NCBI GenBank assembly: GCA_944371305.1
Contig: CALVXM010000002.1
Location: 34,661-98,660, forward strand
Direction of reading: 5' to 3'
From: an uncultured Bacilli bacterium
GTDB lineage: Bacteria > Bacillota_I > Bacilli_A > RF39 > UBA660
Length of the DNA: 64,000 bases
Part shown: positions 20,040 through 30,985 of the stretch, piece after piece
Numbering within the stretch: position 1 is the stretch's first letter
Layout: every line of letters starts with the position of its first letter
The notes under the pieces: generated by a model
The model's database searches: none
What the model was told of the DNA's origin: nothing
Seen by the model: only the letters and a program-made list of their open reading frames with translations
Translations under genes and position numbers: made by a program

Positions 20040-21041
20040 TTAAATCTCCTTTTGTTTTATATTAAATATAATAGCCCCTACTATCATTGGTAAATAATAT
20101 GTAATAAAACGCCATAATAACATCAAAGTACTCAATAATGGTTTTTGTAAATAAAAACCAAACAAGGTTACGAATAAATATTCCTGTCCACCAATACCAC
20201 CTGGAAGAGGAACATAACTACTAATTATTGAAACAAATGATACTAAAACAATTGCTGTAACTCCATCAAAACTATTATAATTACCAAGACTGAACAAAAC
20301 AGTTAAAGGTACAATATATAAACACATAAAAGCTAAACAATTTAGCAAAATTAACTTAATAAACTTCTTTTTATTAGAAATTAATAGTCTTGCATTAACA
20401 TTAAAATTTTCTATACTTTTATTTAGTTTTTTTGTTTGTTTTTCTTTATCTTTAACAATCTTAAAAAATGTCAACAAATTAACAACCCAACCAATTAATA
20501 ATTTATCAATTTTCTTACCATAAGATACGACAAATAAAAGAAATAGTACTAATAAATTTGCCAAAAAACCAACAATAAGAAGAACAAATATTATTCCGTC
20601 AATTGGACAAATTTTAAAAATTTGATTAATAATTATCGTCAAAAAACCAACAATAATTATTGCAATTTGGTGAATAATTGACTCTTGAATAACAACATTC
20701 GTTCCTTCTGATAATGTCAGTTTGTTTTTCTTTAAGACATATACCTGAAAAGGTTGTCCACCAGTTGAAAAAGGTGTTACTGCATTAAAGAAAAATGTCA
20801 TCAACTGCAAACTGAAAGTTTTTTTAATACCATATCCCTTAAAATTATTAATGATATTATTAGTTACTATTGCTTTTAAAAATGTATAACTAAGTACTAA
20901 CAAATAACTAATAAATAACCATCTTATATCGGCATTTAAAATAGAAGTTATTATTTCGTGATAATTATCTTTCAAAGAAAAATATAGAACAATTAATGTA
21001 AATATGACAATAATCAATAAATTTAATGTTCTTTTTTTCAT
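20040..21041 (-). CDS. UPF0104/flippase-like polytopic membrane protein (MprF TM-domain-like)
   Basis: 333 aa with about 8 TM helices, immediately downstream of the GT4 gene and translationally coupled to it. Confidence 0.5.
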   Translation of the reverse strand: MKKRTLNLLIIVIFTLIVLYFSLKDNYHEIITSILNADIRWLFISYLLVLSYTFLKAIVTNNIINNFKGYGIKKTFSLQLMTFFFNAVTPFSTGGQPFQVYVLKKNKLTLSEGTNVVIQESIIHQIAIIIVGFLTIIINQIFKICPIDGIIFVLLIVGFLANLLVLFLLFVVSYGKKIDKLLIGWVVNLLTFFKIVKDKEKQTKKLNKSIENFNVNARLLISNKKKFIKLILLNCLAFMCLYIVPLTVLFSLGNYNSFDGVTAIVLVSFVSIISSYVPLPGGIGGQEYLFVTLFGFYLQKPLLSTLMLLWRFITYYLPMIVGAIIFNIKQKEI

Positions 21042-22189
21042 TTAATTACTTCAATACCAGGTAACACTTTACCTTCTAATAATTCCAAACTAGCGCCACC
21101 ACCAGTTGATATATGCGTAAATATTTTATCGTAGCCAAATTGTTTGATAGCACTCGCTGTATCGCCACCGCCAGCTATTTTAATAGCTTTAATATTTCTT
21201 AAAATTTCACAAATACCTTTTGTTCCCCCACTATATTTTTCGTCTTCAAACATACCAACAGGACCATTCCAAATAACTGTTTTGCTAACATCTAAATATT
21301 GTTTAAATAACTTAACAGTTTTAGGACCAATATCCAATCCCTTTTCTTCGTTAGTTATATCAGTAATAAAACATTCTTTCAAATCTGTAACAACATCGAT
21401 CGGTAAGATCAATTTATCTTTGTTTTCTTTTAACATTTTTTTACAAAAATCAATACTATCTTCATCTAATAAAGAAGAGCCAATCTCGACACCAGAAGCT
21501 TTTAAAAAAGTAAAAGCCATGCCACCCCCGATTAAAATATAATCCGCTTTATTTACTAAATTTTCAATAACACCAATTTTATCACTTACTTTAGCTCCAC
21601 CCAAAATAACAGTAAAAGGATGTTCAGGGTTATTTACCGCTGGAAGAAGATTATTTAATTCTTTTTCTATTAAAAAACCAATTCCGCTTTCTAAATTACT
21701 AGCAATTCCCACATTGGATGCATGCGCGCGATGTGCGGTTCCAAAAGCATCATTAATATAAATATCACCTAATGAAGCCCAATATTTCCCTAATTCAGAA
21801 TCATTACCACTTTCCTTTTTTCCATCAAGATCTTCAAAACGTGTATTCTCCATCAATAATACATCACTAGGTTTTAATGATTCAATTGCTTTTTCCAACT
21901 CTTCACCTCTAGTTTTATTTACAAATTTAACTGTTTTTTTTAATAATTCACTTAATCTTATACTAACAGGTAATAAAGTATTTTTTTCTTTATCAGCTTC
22001 TTCTTTAATACGTCCTAAGTGACTCATTAAAATAACTTTAGCATTATTATTGATTGCATATTTAATAGTTTTTAAACTTTCAATAATTCTCGTATCATCT
22101 TTAATAATCCCATCTTTAATTGGTACATTAAAATCAACCCTAATTATTACTTTCTTATCATTTAAATCAAAATCTTTTATTGTTTTCAT
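21038..22189 (-). CDS. pgk: Phosphoglycerate kinase
   Basis: 383 aa: RVDFNVP N-terminus and the conserved hinge and C-domain motifs ([12 protein letters not shown]). AGGAGG RBS. Confidence 0.95.
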   Translation of the reverse strand: MKTIKDFDLNDKKVIIRVDFNVPIKDGIIKDDTRIIESLKTIKYAINNNAKVILMSHLGRIKEEADKEKNTLLPVSIRLSELLKKTVKFVNKTRGEELEKAIESLKPSDVLLMENTRFEDLDGKKESGNDSELGKYWASLGDIYINDAFGTAHRAHASNVGIASNLESGIGFLIEKELNNLLPAVNNPEHPFTVILGGAKVSDKIGVIENLVNKADYILIGGGMAFTFLKASGVEIGSSLLDEDSIDFCKKMLKENKDKLILPIDVVTDLKECFITDITNEEKGLDIGPKTVKLFKQYLDVSKTVIWNGPVGMFEDEKYSGGTKGICEILRNIKAIKIAGGGDTASAIKQFGYDKIFTHISTGGGASLELLEGKVLPGIEVIK

Positions 22190-22190
22190 T

Positions 22191-23222
22191 TTATCCTCCT
22201 ATATTATATCGCTTTTGTGCGACTTTATAATTTTGTGCAATTTCATCGGCTGTTAACGAATAATTATAAAATTGTACATCGGCAATTTTTCCTTTAAAAT
22301 ATCGATTAGAACTAAGATAACTTCTTCCTACATCAACTTCATTATAATGAACTATATTCTTCGTCGTAGCTATTCTATTGACTAATTTTCCATTAATATA
22401 AACTGTAACATATTGCGCCCCATCATAAATTACAGTATATTGAACATATTTGTTTAAATAGTCTGTAGATGATGTAAAAATACTATTCCAAATACTACCA
22501 TCGCCGTAAGTTGATTCAAAACGATTAGAATTAAATTGTGTAGCAATCCCTCTAGCACCAGAACTACTATCATATAATCCGAATATTCCACGATAATTAC
22601 TCATATCACTAGCATTTAAAACAACAGAAACAGTAAAATGTTGTCCTAAATTTATGTTGGGATTTATCGGAATACTTATATAATCATCAATACCATCAAA
22701 TAAAATAGCCTCCCCCGTCCAATTATCAGCACTAAAATTATGCATAGCAGCTTCATAATTATTTAATGAATAATCTTTCCAATTATTACTTAAAGGCTTA
22801 CTATAACCATCATATGAAGCCACCAAACCATTTTGAACATAACCAGATGCAGTATAATCTCCTTCCAAATATTCATAGTCATAAAAACCATCACTATTTT
22901 TAGTTATCATAACAGTATTATTTGAAATATCACTATCGTCTTTAGGATTTGTTAAATCATAATTTATATACTCGTTTTCCATTAAAGAACGAATTTTAAT
23001 AAAAGTTTTTCCTGATTCAGTTACAGAATCTAAACTATTATTAACATTAGCCATTAAATAATTTTCAGCTGCCATATAAATATTTTCTTTAAATAATTCA
23101 TATTCTTCATTTTTACTTTTTTCAGTAGTACTAAGTAATGAAGGAAGTGCGATTAAGGTCATTATAGCCAGCAAAACGATTATTGCAATTAACTCTACTA
23201 GCGTAAACCCATTTTTTTTCAT
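22191..23222 (-). CDS. Type IV pilin/pseudopilin-like protein with C-terminal LamG (concanavalin A-like lectin) domain
   Basis: Class III signal peptide KKNG|[15 protein letters not shown] with Glu at +5, and a C-terminal ~180 aa laminin-G_3-like beta-sandwich. GGTGA RBS. Confidence 0.65.
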   Translation of the reverse strand: MKKNGFTLVELIAIIVLLAIMTLIALPSLLSTTEKSKNEEYELFKENIYMAAENYLMANVNNSLDSVTESGKTFIKIRSLMENEYINYDLTNPKDDSDISNNTVMITKNSDGFYDYEYLEGDYTASGYVQNGLVASYDGYSKPLSNNWKDYSLNNYEAAMHNFSADNWTGEAILFDGIDDYISIPINPNINLGQHFTVSVVLNASDMSNYRGIFGLYDSSSGARGIATQFNSNRFESTYGDGSIWNSIFTSSTDYLNKYVQYTVIYDGAQYVTVYINGKLVNRIATTKNIVHYNEVDVGRSYLSSNRYFKGKIADVQFYNYSLTADEIAQNYKVAQKRYNIGG

Positions 23223-23307
23223 ACTATCACCATTATCATTATAAAATATTTTTAAAATTTAATCAACATTAGTTTGTCAATTAAAGGTATTATGACATAT
23301 TTGTAAC

Positions 23308-23349
23308 AAAAAAAGACAAATAAATATTTCAATCAATTTGTCTTTTTTA
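23308..23349. terminator. Intrinsic terminator downstream of gap
   Basis: AGACAAAT...ATTTGTCT 8-bp inverted repeat flanked by A6 and T6 runs; it can function on either strand. Confidence 0.6.
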
Positions 23350-23352
23350 AAT

Positions 23353-24360
23353 TTATTTACTTATTTTATTTAAATATTTGGCAGTCCTTACCATTTGGTT
23401 AGAATAGCCCATTTCATTATCATACCAAGCAACAACTTTAACTAATTGTTTGCCATCAACTTCCAAAATATCAGTTAACAACCCATCTACTAAAGCTCCA
23501 CATGAAGATCCAATAATATCACTTGAAACAACAGGATCAAAAGTAAATTTTAAAGTTTCATTACAATTATTCATAAGAGCTTGGTTAATTTCTTCAACTG
23601 TAACATTTTTTGATAATTCTAAAGTTAAATCGACAACTGAACCAGTTGGTGTAGGAACTCTTAAAGCACTACCATCTAAACGGCCTTTTAAAGATGGAAT
23701 TACTAATCCTAAAGCACTAGCAGCACCAGTACTAGAAGGAATAATATTCATCGCGCCAGCCCTACCACGTCTAGCTTTGATTCCTTTTTTATGAGCAACG
23801 TCTAGAATAACTTGATCATTTGTATAAGCATGAACAGTAGTCATATAACCTTTAACTATACCAAATTCATTATTGATAACATTAGCAACTGGCGCTAAGC
23901 AGTTTGTAGTACATGAAGCAGCTGAGATAATTTCCTCTGTTCCATCCAATATTTCATGGTTAACATTGTAAACAATCGTTTTCATATCACCTTTACCTGG
24001 AGCTGAAATAATAACTTTTTTAGCACCAGCCTCAATATGTTTATGAGCATCTTCATATTTAACAAACTTACCAGTACATTCAAACACTTGATCAATTCCT
24101 AATTCACCCCAAGGTAAATTAGCAGGATCAGTTTCTTTAAATATTCTTATCTTTCGACCATCAACTATAATATTATTTTCATCAAAAGAAATACTATCCG
24201 CTTTATAATTTCTATGATTACTATCATATTTTAACAAATAAGCTATTTGTTCAGCATCTGTCAAATCGTTAATAGCCACGATTTCAATTTCTGGATCATT
24301 TTCCATAATTCTAAATACTAATCTTCCAATTCTTCCAAAACCATTAATTGCAACTTTCAT
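23353..24360 (-). CDS. gap: Glyceraldehyde-3-phosphate dehydrogenase
   Basis: MKVAINGFGRIGR NAD-binding motif and active site SCTTNCLAP. Start trimmed to the ATG at 24360 with an AAGGAA RBS. Confidence 0.95.
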   Translation of the reverse strand: MKVAINGFGRIGRLVFRIMENDPEIEIVAINDLTDAEQIAYLLKYDSNHRNYKADSISFDENNIIVDGRKIRIFKETDPANLPWGELGIDQVFECTGKFVKYEDAHKHIEAGAKKVIISAPGKGDMKTIVYNVNHEILDGTEEIISAASCTTNCLAPVANVINNEFGIVKGYMTTVHAYTNDQVILDVAHKKGIKARRGRAGAMNIIPSSTGAASALGLVIPSLKGRLDGSALRVPTPTGSVVDLTLELSKNVTVEEINQALMNNCNETLKFTFDPVVSSDIIGSSCGALVDGLLTDILEVDGKQLVKVVAWYDNEMGYSNQMVRTAKYLNKISK

Positions 24361-24376
24361 TTTATCATTCCTTTCT

Positions 24377-26038
24377 CTAATGGAAGCAACTTCCACCAAT
24401 AAATTCTCTCAGAACAGAAGCCTGAGGAACATCATCACTTGGTATTGGTAAAAAATTCCTTAAAAAATTTATCAATCTAATTGCTTCTGGATAAACTTCA
24501 TCATCTTCGTTAACTGAAAATAACAAAGGTTCGGCATATGTTTTTAAAACCCCTAATTCGTAAATTAAAGCAGAATTAATTATGACATCAGCATCATTTT
24601 GATATGGAAAAACATATTCTTCCTCTCCTTCTAAAATGTGCTTCCAATTTTTTAAAGTTTGTGCGGCATCATAACCACGATACTTATTGTCTCTAATTAT
24701 TCTTCTTAATCTTCGAGTATCAGATGTATGAATTCGATTGTGATTGTCGATATTCAATTGAGTTAATGGGCTAATATAAATTTTAAATTTATTTTCCTCA
24801 TTAATCGCTACAGTAAGATCAGGATTTAAAGCATGTAAACCTTCAATAATTATAATATCATTATCACCTAGTTGTAAATACCTACCATTGTATTCTCTTT
24901 CACCTAAAACAAAATTGTATTCAGGAAGTAAAACCCTTTCTCCTTCTAATAATTTCAACAATTGTTTGTTAAACAAATCTGTATCGACAGCTCTTAATGA
25001 TTCGAAATCATATTCACCAGTAACTTTTCTAGGAGTATCTTTACGATTATAAAAATAGTCATCGGTTGAAATACTATGAGTTTTAAAGCCACGTGTTTTA
25101 AGATAAACCTCTAGTTTTCTAGCTGTAGTTGTCTTACCGCTTGAAGTAGGACCAGCCAATAAAACTATTTTTATTTTATCCCTTTTTTTATAAATCATGT
25201 CTGCAACTTTAGCTAATTGTGTATTATAATTAGCTTCGGCCAATTGAATTATATCATTATATTTACCTTGTGATACAATTTTATTTAAATCAGCCACATT
25301 AGAAACATTGATTGTTTTTCCCATATTAGTATAATCCAAGAAAGCATCGAATAACATTTTATGATGAGAATAATCCTCAGTATATCTTGGATTATTGATT
25401 GAAGGATAACTTAATACAAAGCCATTATCTTTTATATAAGTGAGTTTAAAGTCATCCAAAACTTTAGTACTATAAGGCATCTCGCTAAAAAAGTAATCAT
25501 AATACTCGTCTAGCCGATACAAATTTATATAAGTATTACTTATATACTTAAAAACTTCTACCTTATCAAACTGTTTTTTCTTTCTAAAAAATTGCATTGC
25601 ATCCTTACGAGAAACACTCAATTTTATAAAATTATAATCATTTTTAACGATTTCATACATTTTATTTTCGATTTGCTTAATAATTTCCTTATTTATTTCT
25701 TTGTTCAAAATTTCACAGTAGACACCTTTATCGATTGAATGTTGAATAACCACTTCAGCATCATTACCTAAAATTTTTTTGATAGCAACGATCATCAAAA
25801 AATGAACGCCATGTGAATAAACAGTATGACCATAAGTTGAACTCCGATCATAAAAATCAATTTGACATTTTTTAGTCAATTTATAAGATAATTCTTCAAT
25901 CACATTATTAACTTTAGCAACTAATATTGGATAACTAAAATCATTTTGAAAACTACTAGCAACCTCTAATAAAGTAGTATCTTCAGGATATTCTTTCATT
26001 AATCCATTTTTATACTCAACCTTTATCATTTTTTCCAT
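24377..26038 (-). CDS. Uridine kinase-family protein with N-terminal ThrRS/TGS-like domain
   Basis: Central P-loop kinase (LLAGPTSSGKTTTARKL) with uridine/cytidine kinase-like segments. The N-terminal ~250 aa resemble the TGS/second-additional domain of threonyl-tRNA synthetase. Confidence 0.6.
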   Translation of the reverse strand: MEKMIKVEYKNGLMKEYPEDTTLLEVASSFQNDFSYPILVAKVNNVIEELSYKLTKKCQIDFYDRSSTYGHTVYSHGVHFLMIVAIKKILGNDAEVVIQHSIDKGVYCEILNKEINKEIIKQIENKMYEIVKNDYNFIKLSVSRKDAMQFFRKKKQFDKVEVFKYISNTYINLYRLDEYYDYFFSEMPYSTKVLDDFKLTYIKDNGFVLSYPSINNPRYTEDYSHHKMLFDAFLDYTNMGKTINVSNVADLNKIVSQGKYNDIIQLAEANYNTQLAKVADMIYKKRDKIKIVLLAGPTSSGKTTTARKLEVYLKTRGFKTHSISTDDYFYNRKDTPRKVTGEYDFESLRAVDTDLFNKQLLKLLEGERVLLPEYNFVLGEREYNGRYLQLGDNDIIIIEGLHALNPDLTVAINEENKFKIYISPLTQLNIDNHNRIHTSDTRRLRRIIRDNKYRGYDAAQTLKNWKHILEGEEEYVFPYQNDADVIINSALIYELGVLKTYAEPLLFSVNEDDEVYPEAIRLINFLRNFLPIPSDDVPQASVLREFIGGSCFH

Positions 26039-26156
26039 AATATCATTCCTTTATTCTTTCATAAGTACATTTTACCAAAAAAAAAGAATTTTGTCATTTA
26101 TTTTTTAGAATAATTTTGGTAATTATTAACTATTATATTAAATAGGAGATGATTTT

Positions 26157-26723
26157 ATGCTTATACCAACTATAATTGAAAAAAGTAATTCAGGCGAAAG
26201 AGCTTATGATATTTATTCAAGACTGTTAAAAGATCGCATTATTATTCTAACAGGAGAAATAGATGACAACTCAGCCAATATAGTAGTAGCACAATTACTA
26301 TATTTAGATAGTATTAATAACAATGATATTAGTTTATACATAAATAGCCCAGGAGGTAGTATTACCGCTGGGATGGCTATTTACGACACTATGAATTTTA
26401 TTAAGAGTGATGTTTCAACCATCTGTTTAGGACTAGCAGCATCGATGGGAGCTTTTTTACTCTCAAGTGGTAAAAAAGGAAAAAGATACTGTTTACCTAA
26501 TAGCGAAGTCATGATTCATCAACCTTTAGGAGGAGCAACTGGGCAAGCTACTGAAATTAAAATAGCAGCAGAACACATATTAAAAATAAAGGATAAAGTT
26601 AATCAAATTCTAGCAGATAATACCAATAAAGATATTAAAACAATTGAAAATGATACTGAAAGGGATAATTATTTGTCAGCCTATGAAGCATTAGACTATG
26701 GCATAATAGACCAAATATTATAG
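26157..26723 (+). CDS. clpP: ATP-dependent Clp protease proteolytic subunit
   Basis: Catalytic Ser (GLAASMGAF), His (MIHQP) and Asp motifs; 188 aa. Confidence 0.95.
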   Translation: MLIPTIIEKSNSGERAYDIYSRLLKDRIIILTGEIDDNSANIVVAQLLYLDSINNNDISLYINSPGGSITAGMAIYDTMNFIKSDVSTICLGLAASMGAFLLSSGKKGKRYCLPNSEVMIHQPLGGATGQATEIKIAAEHILKIKDKVNQILADNTNKDIKTIENDTERDNYLSAYEALDYGIIDQIL

Positions 26724-26739
26724 AGAAGAAAAATCTTCT

Positions 26740-26928
26740 CTATTTTGACGTATTAGCATAATATTTTTCACCTAATTCGACTAATCTTTTAGTCATCTCG
26801 CCACCTACTGTTCCATTCAATCTAGAAGTTTGATCAGCACCTAAAGTTATACCTAACTCTTTAGCTATTTCATATTTCAAATTTTCTAAAGCTTTTTTAC
26901 TTCCAGGAACGACTAGTTTATTATTCAT
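26740..26928 (-). CDS. Small acid-soluble spore protein, alpha/beta type
   Basis: 62 aa with KLVVPGSKKALENLKYEIAKELG and the second conserved block GGEMTKRLVE. AAGGTGGTGA RBS. Confidence 0.9.
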   Translation of the reverse strand: MNNKLVVPGSKKALENLKYEIAKELGITLGADQTSRLNGTVGGEMTKRLVELGEKYYANTSK

Positions 26929-26982
26929 ACAATCACCACCTTACATTATTATTATGGATGATTTAATGTAATGAATGTGTGG

Positions 26983-27012
26983 TAAAAAAAGTAGATAGCA
27001 AATTTGCTATCT
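26983..27012 (-). terminator. Intrinsic terminator after the upstream SASP gene
   Basis: TAGATAGCAAA/TTTGCTATCTA perfect 11-bp palindrome followed on the minus strand by a T7 run. Confidence 0.6.
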
Positions 27013-27019
27013 ATTTTAA

Positions 27020-27220
27020 TTATTTAGCTTGGTAACCACCTAAGTTTTGTTGTCCCATTTGAACTAATCTCTTAGTGATTTCTCCACCTACTGAACCATT
27101 AGCACGGCTTGTAGCATCTGGTCCTAAATTAACACCAAATTCACTAGCTATTTCATATTTCATTTTATCGATAGCTTGTTTAGCACCTGGTACTACTAAT
27201 TTATTTGTAGATTTATTCAT
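27020..27220 (-). CDS. Small acid-soluble spore protein, alpha/beta type
   Basis: 66 aa paralog of the neighbouring SASP ([33 protein letters not shown]). GGGAGGTGA RBS. Confidence 0.9.
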   Translation of the reverse strand: MNKSTNKLVVPGAKQAIDKMKYEIASEFGVNLGPDATSRANGSVGGEITKRLVQMGQQNLGGYQAK

Positions 27221-27286
27221 TTATTTCACCTCCCGTACACTAATATCATGCGCACAGAAAGATAAAATATAAGTGGTAAAAAATGG

Positions 27287-28444
27287 TTATAATAAATCTT
27301 TATAATTGTTATTAAAATTAGTTATTATTTCTATATTATTAATGCAATCTTCAATTAAACTCTCATAATCAAAGTTTTCATATTCCAAGCATTTATCCAA
27401 TTTAGGATTAATTACCGGATGTTTTGGAACAAATATAGTACAACAATCTTCAAATGGTAAAATACTTGTTTCATATGTGCCAATTTTTTTAGCGATATCA
27501 ATAATTTCCAATTTATCTAAACAAGCAATTGGTCTAATAATTGGAAAATTGGTTACACTATTAATGACATTAATACTAGTTAACGTCTGACTAGCAACTT
27601 GACCAATACTTTCGCCATTAATAACTACTTGATATTTCTTATTAATACTAGTAGCAATTCGATACATCATTCTTCTTAAAATGGTAACATTATATTCACT
27701 TGGTACTCTTTTATAAATTTCTTCTTGCAATTTTGTAAAAGGAACAACTAATAATCTAATATTACCGGAATATTCATCCAAAATACCAGCTAATTTAATA
27801 ACTTTATTTTTAGCTTCAATACTAGTGTGAGGAGGCGAATCAAAATATAAACAATCGATATCGATTCCTCTTTTTAAAGCTAAATATCCGGCTACAGGCG
27901 AATCAATACCACCTGATAACATCAAAAGTCCTTTTCCCTGAATGCCAACAGGGTATCCACCAATTCCTTTTATTTCGTTAGTATAAATATAAGTATCCTC
28001 CCTTATTTCAATATGAAGTGTTAAATCAGGGTTATGAACATCAACCTTACAATTTATATTTTTTAAAACTAAAGAACCTATTACATTATTAAAATCCATC
28101 GATTTAATAGAAAAGTATTTATTAGCTCTTTTGGTTTCAACTTTAAAAGTTTTAAAATTTTTTTCTTTTAAAATTTCCAAAACCATTTGTTTTATATCTT
28201 CTATATTAGTATTTGTTTTATAAGCAATTACTATTCCTTGTAAACCAAATACTTTTTGTAATTTTTTAACAGTTGAATCAATATTTTCTGATTCAATATA
28301 CATTCGATCCCTTTTTTTTATTATTTTAACATCTTCTTCTTTTAATACTTTATTTATATTATCTGATAGTTTGTTGATAAAAATATTCCTATTCCCTTTT
28401 TTAGTGGTTAATTCTCCATATTTTATCAAAATTAATTTTTTCAT
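27287..28444 (-). CDS. thiI: tRNA 4-thiouridine(8) synthase ThiI
   Basis: 385 aa with an N-terminal THUMP-like region and the PP-loop SGGIDSPVAGYL. Confidence 0.9.
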   Translation of the reverse strand: MKKLILIKYGELTTKKGNRNIFINKLSDNINKVLKEEDVKIIKKRDRMYIESENIDSTVKKLQKVFGLQGIVIAYKTNTNIEDIKQMVLEILKEKNFKTFKVETKRANKYFSIKSMDFNNVIGSLVLKNINCKVDVHNPDLTLHIEIREDTYIYTNEIKGIGGYPVGIQGKGLLMLSGGIDSPVAGYLALKRGIDIDCLYFDSPPHTSIEAKNKVIKLAGILDEYSGNIRLLVVPFTKLQEEIYKRVPSEYNVTILRRMMYRIATSINKKYQVVINGESIGQVASQTLTSINVINSVTNFPIIRPIACLDKLEIIDIAKKIGTYETSILPFEDCCTIFVPKHPVINPKLDKCLEYENFDYESLIEDCINNIEIITNFNNNYKDLL

Positions 28445-28496
28445 CTAAATCACCTGCAATTATTATATATTAAGTTTGAATCTAAAGCAATAACAC

Positions 28497-29105
28497 TTAT
28501 TTATAAGTTAATAAATATATTTTAGCTTGTTCTAATTCCTCTTCTAAAACTTCAATTCTTCGATGATCAAACATAAGACCTAAAACATTTCTTAAATTTT
28601 TATAATAATCGATTACTTTTTGAGTATATAAACTATCATTACCACAATAACCAATTGCAAAAGAAGAATCATTTCTTATTTTAGCCAAATAAATCATTTG
28701 ATTATCGTAAATACCATTAATCACCAAATTTCCTTCTAAATTATCTTGATTAGGCCTTCCATAGCAACCATTACCTACTTGTTCGATAATTTGTTTTGAT
28801 TCATTTGAAGAAAATACTTCATTAACCGAACTAATTGATTCATCTTCTGTAATTTCAATTATTTCCTCATCATCAATGCAATGATTATCCTTTAAAAATT
28901 CACCGAAACATTTTTTACTTTTTTTCAAACTAGTCAACCAGATTTCAAAATCTTTTTCATCAATTGCTATATTTCCTATTTTTAATAAATTATATAAATG
29001 ATTTTGCAGTTGGAATTCGTCTAACTTACCAAAATCACCTAATTTACCTTTATTATATACTTGTTCTAACAAATATCTTTTAATCAAATTTTCTGTCATA
29101 AACAT
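28497..29105 (-). CDS. Hypothetical protein
   Basis: 202-aa ORF between ezrA and thiI; no recognisable motifs. Confidence 0.3.
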   Translation of the reverse strand: MFMTENLIKRYLLEQVYNKGKLGDFGKLDEFQLQNHLYNLLKIGNIAIDEKDFEIWLTSLKKSKKCFGEFLKDNHCIDDEEIIEITEDESISSVNEVFSSNESKQIIEQVGNGCYGRPNQDNLEGNLVINGIYDNQMIYLAKIRNDSSFAIGYCGNDSLYTQKVIDYYKNLRNVLGLMFDHRRIEVLEEELEQAKIYLLTYK

Positions 29106-29212
29106 CCTCCGTTCATTTTAAAAGACAAAAAAAAGCCACAAACGACAGCTAATAAATTCTAGCACACTATATAAAATATGTCAAATCAAAATAAAAATGA
29201 TTATTTTTTTGC

Positions 29213-29240
29213 AAAAAAAATAGAAGAACATAATCTTCTA
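29213..29240 (-). terminator. Intrinsic terminator of ezrA
   Basis: TAGAAGA-ttatgt-TCTTCTA hairpin overlapping the TAG stop, followed by a T8 run on the minus strand. Confidence 0.55.
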
Positions 29241-30944
29241 TTCATAAAACTTAAGTAATTTATTATAAATATCCGGTTCAATTTTATTTAAACAATTAAT
29301 TGTTAATTCTAAAGATTTTTGATACTCACCCTTATAAAATAAAATTTCTGAATAAGTTAAATTTTTATTAGTATCATCAGTAACAACTCGATAACGATTA
29401 CCATATACTATAGCCATCTCAGCAAACATAGCAGTTTTAAGAAGTTCTTTAGTTGCGCCATATAATTTTAAAACCAAATCACGAGCCGTATCAACACGAG
29501 TATTTAAAGTACTAATTGTAATCGGTTTTTTTTCTAATTCATCAACTATATCTTTAATAGCTGAAGACGCTTCACTTAACTGTGTATAATAATACTGTGG
29601 AATAACAGGGAAATTGTATTCTCGCATTTTATTTTTAGATTCTTTCAAAATAGATTTAATTTCTTCTAGTTGTTGTCTTGCTCTTACTTCATCTTCTTTC
29701 ATGCTACCTAAAGCATCCAAAGAAGTATCTAAACGTTCTTCAATATTATTTAATCGTAAAGATAAACCTTCAATTTCTTTAATCAATTTAGAATAAGCAA
29801 AAGTATTATTACCAGTATGAGTTTTCAAAACATTAAAATCATCATTCAAATTATTCAATTCGGATTTTACTTCATTTAATAAATTAATATCATCATTAGA
29901 CAAATTATAAGCGCTCTTAATCTCATCAATTTGCAAGAAAATATCATCGACTAAATTGTTGATCTTATCAATTTTAGTTACAAAAGAATCAACTAATTCA
30001 TCATAAATACGACGATCAGCTTTTTCTTTTTCGAAATCATTAAATAATGAATCAAAATAATCCAATAAAACTTTAAGTTCAAATAAACAATCCTCTAAAT
30101 TTAAAACTCTTGTTCTATCCATAATATCATTTAATTTCTTATTAGCTTCATCAACATTATAATCGACATTTAAATAATCTAGTGGATAGCCATCATTAAC
30201 CATTTCTTGGTACATATTAGTCAATTCCGAAATTTTTTTAGGAATAACGTTAGTAGCCATCAAAACGATTGAAGGTACTTCTTCAATGACAATTTGCATA
30301 TGTTTTAACATTTCATCAATCGATTTAATAATTTTTGTAACTTCGGAATATTCATTATTTTCCATATGAACTTCAAAAGCTTCAAAACGTTTAGAAATGT
30401 TTTCAAATTGTAATAATACTGAATTAGCTATTTCACCAAACTCAGATTTATTAGCATTAAATTTATCATACAAATCACGATAAATCGTTTTAAATTTTAT
30501 AATTATAGCACGATTTCTCTCTTCGCTAGAAGTAATTTCTCTAATTTCATCTAATAAAACTTCCGTATTAGTCCTTACTTTATAAATTTCCATTTCTAAT
30601 TTAGCAATTTTAAAAATAGTAGATTTATAATCTTGTTGTTTTAAAGAATAATCGGCTTCCAAAATCATATCAGTTATTTTGGGAATTTGATTAGTTCTTA
30701 TATCTTTAAATCGCTCTTCCCAATTAGATAAGCTACTATCCAACTTATCATTTTTTAAAAATGATTTAATTTTAGAAATTTCGGAATTTATCGGGGTACT
30801 ATCGATAACATTTTTTTCAACTTCTAATTTATCTAAAAGATTTCTATATTTCTTATTACGATTGTTTTGAATTAAATTTAGAACAACTACCAATATAATA
30901 ACAGCTACAACGTATATACTTATAGTAATTAAAGTTAAATCCAC
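29238..30944 (-). CDS. ezrA: Septation ring formation regulator EzrA
   Basis: 568 aa with a single N-terminal TM helix and a long coiled-coil-rich cytoplasmic region. Length and architecture match EzrA. Confidence 0.75.
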   Translation of the reverse strand: MDLTLITISIYVVAVIILVVVLNLIQNNRNKKYRNLLDKLEVEKNVIDSTPINSEISKIKSFLKNDKLDSSLSNWEERFKDIRTNQIPKITDMILEADYSLKQQDYKSTIFKIAKLEMEIYKVRTNTEVLLDEIREITSSEERNRAIIIKFKTIYRDLYDKFNANKSEFGEIANSVLLQFENISKRFEAFEVHMENNEYSEVTKIIKSIDEMLKHMQIVIEEVPSIVLMATNVIPKKISELTNMYQEMVNDGYPLDYLNVDYNVDEANKKLNDIMDRTRVLNLEDCLFELKVLLDYFDSLFNDFEKEKADRRIYDELVDSFVTKIDKINNLVDDIFLQIDEIKSAYNLSNDDINLLNEVKSELNNLNDDFNVLKTHTGNNTFAYSKLIKEIEGLSLRLNNIEERLDTSLDALGSMKEDEVRARQQLEEIKSILKESKNKMREYNFPVIPQYYYTQLSEASSAIKDIVDELEKKPITISTLNTRVDTARDLVLKLYGATKELLKTAMFAEMAIVYGNRYRVVTDDTNKNLTYSEILFYKGEYQKSLELTINCLNKIEPDIYNKLLKFYE

Positions 30945-30985
30945 ATTATCACCTCTATTATCATTTTATCACATTTTCCGACAAA

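Noticed and set aside
26039-26156. CtsR operator upstream of clpP
   Set aside because: No GGTCAAA-N3-GGTCAAA direct repeat was found in the clpP upstream region.
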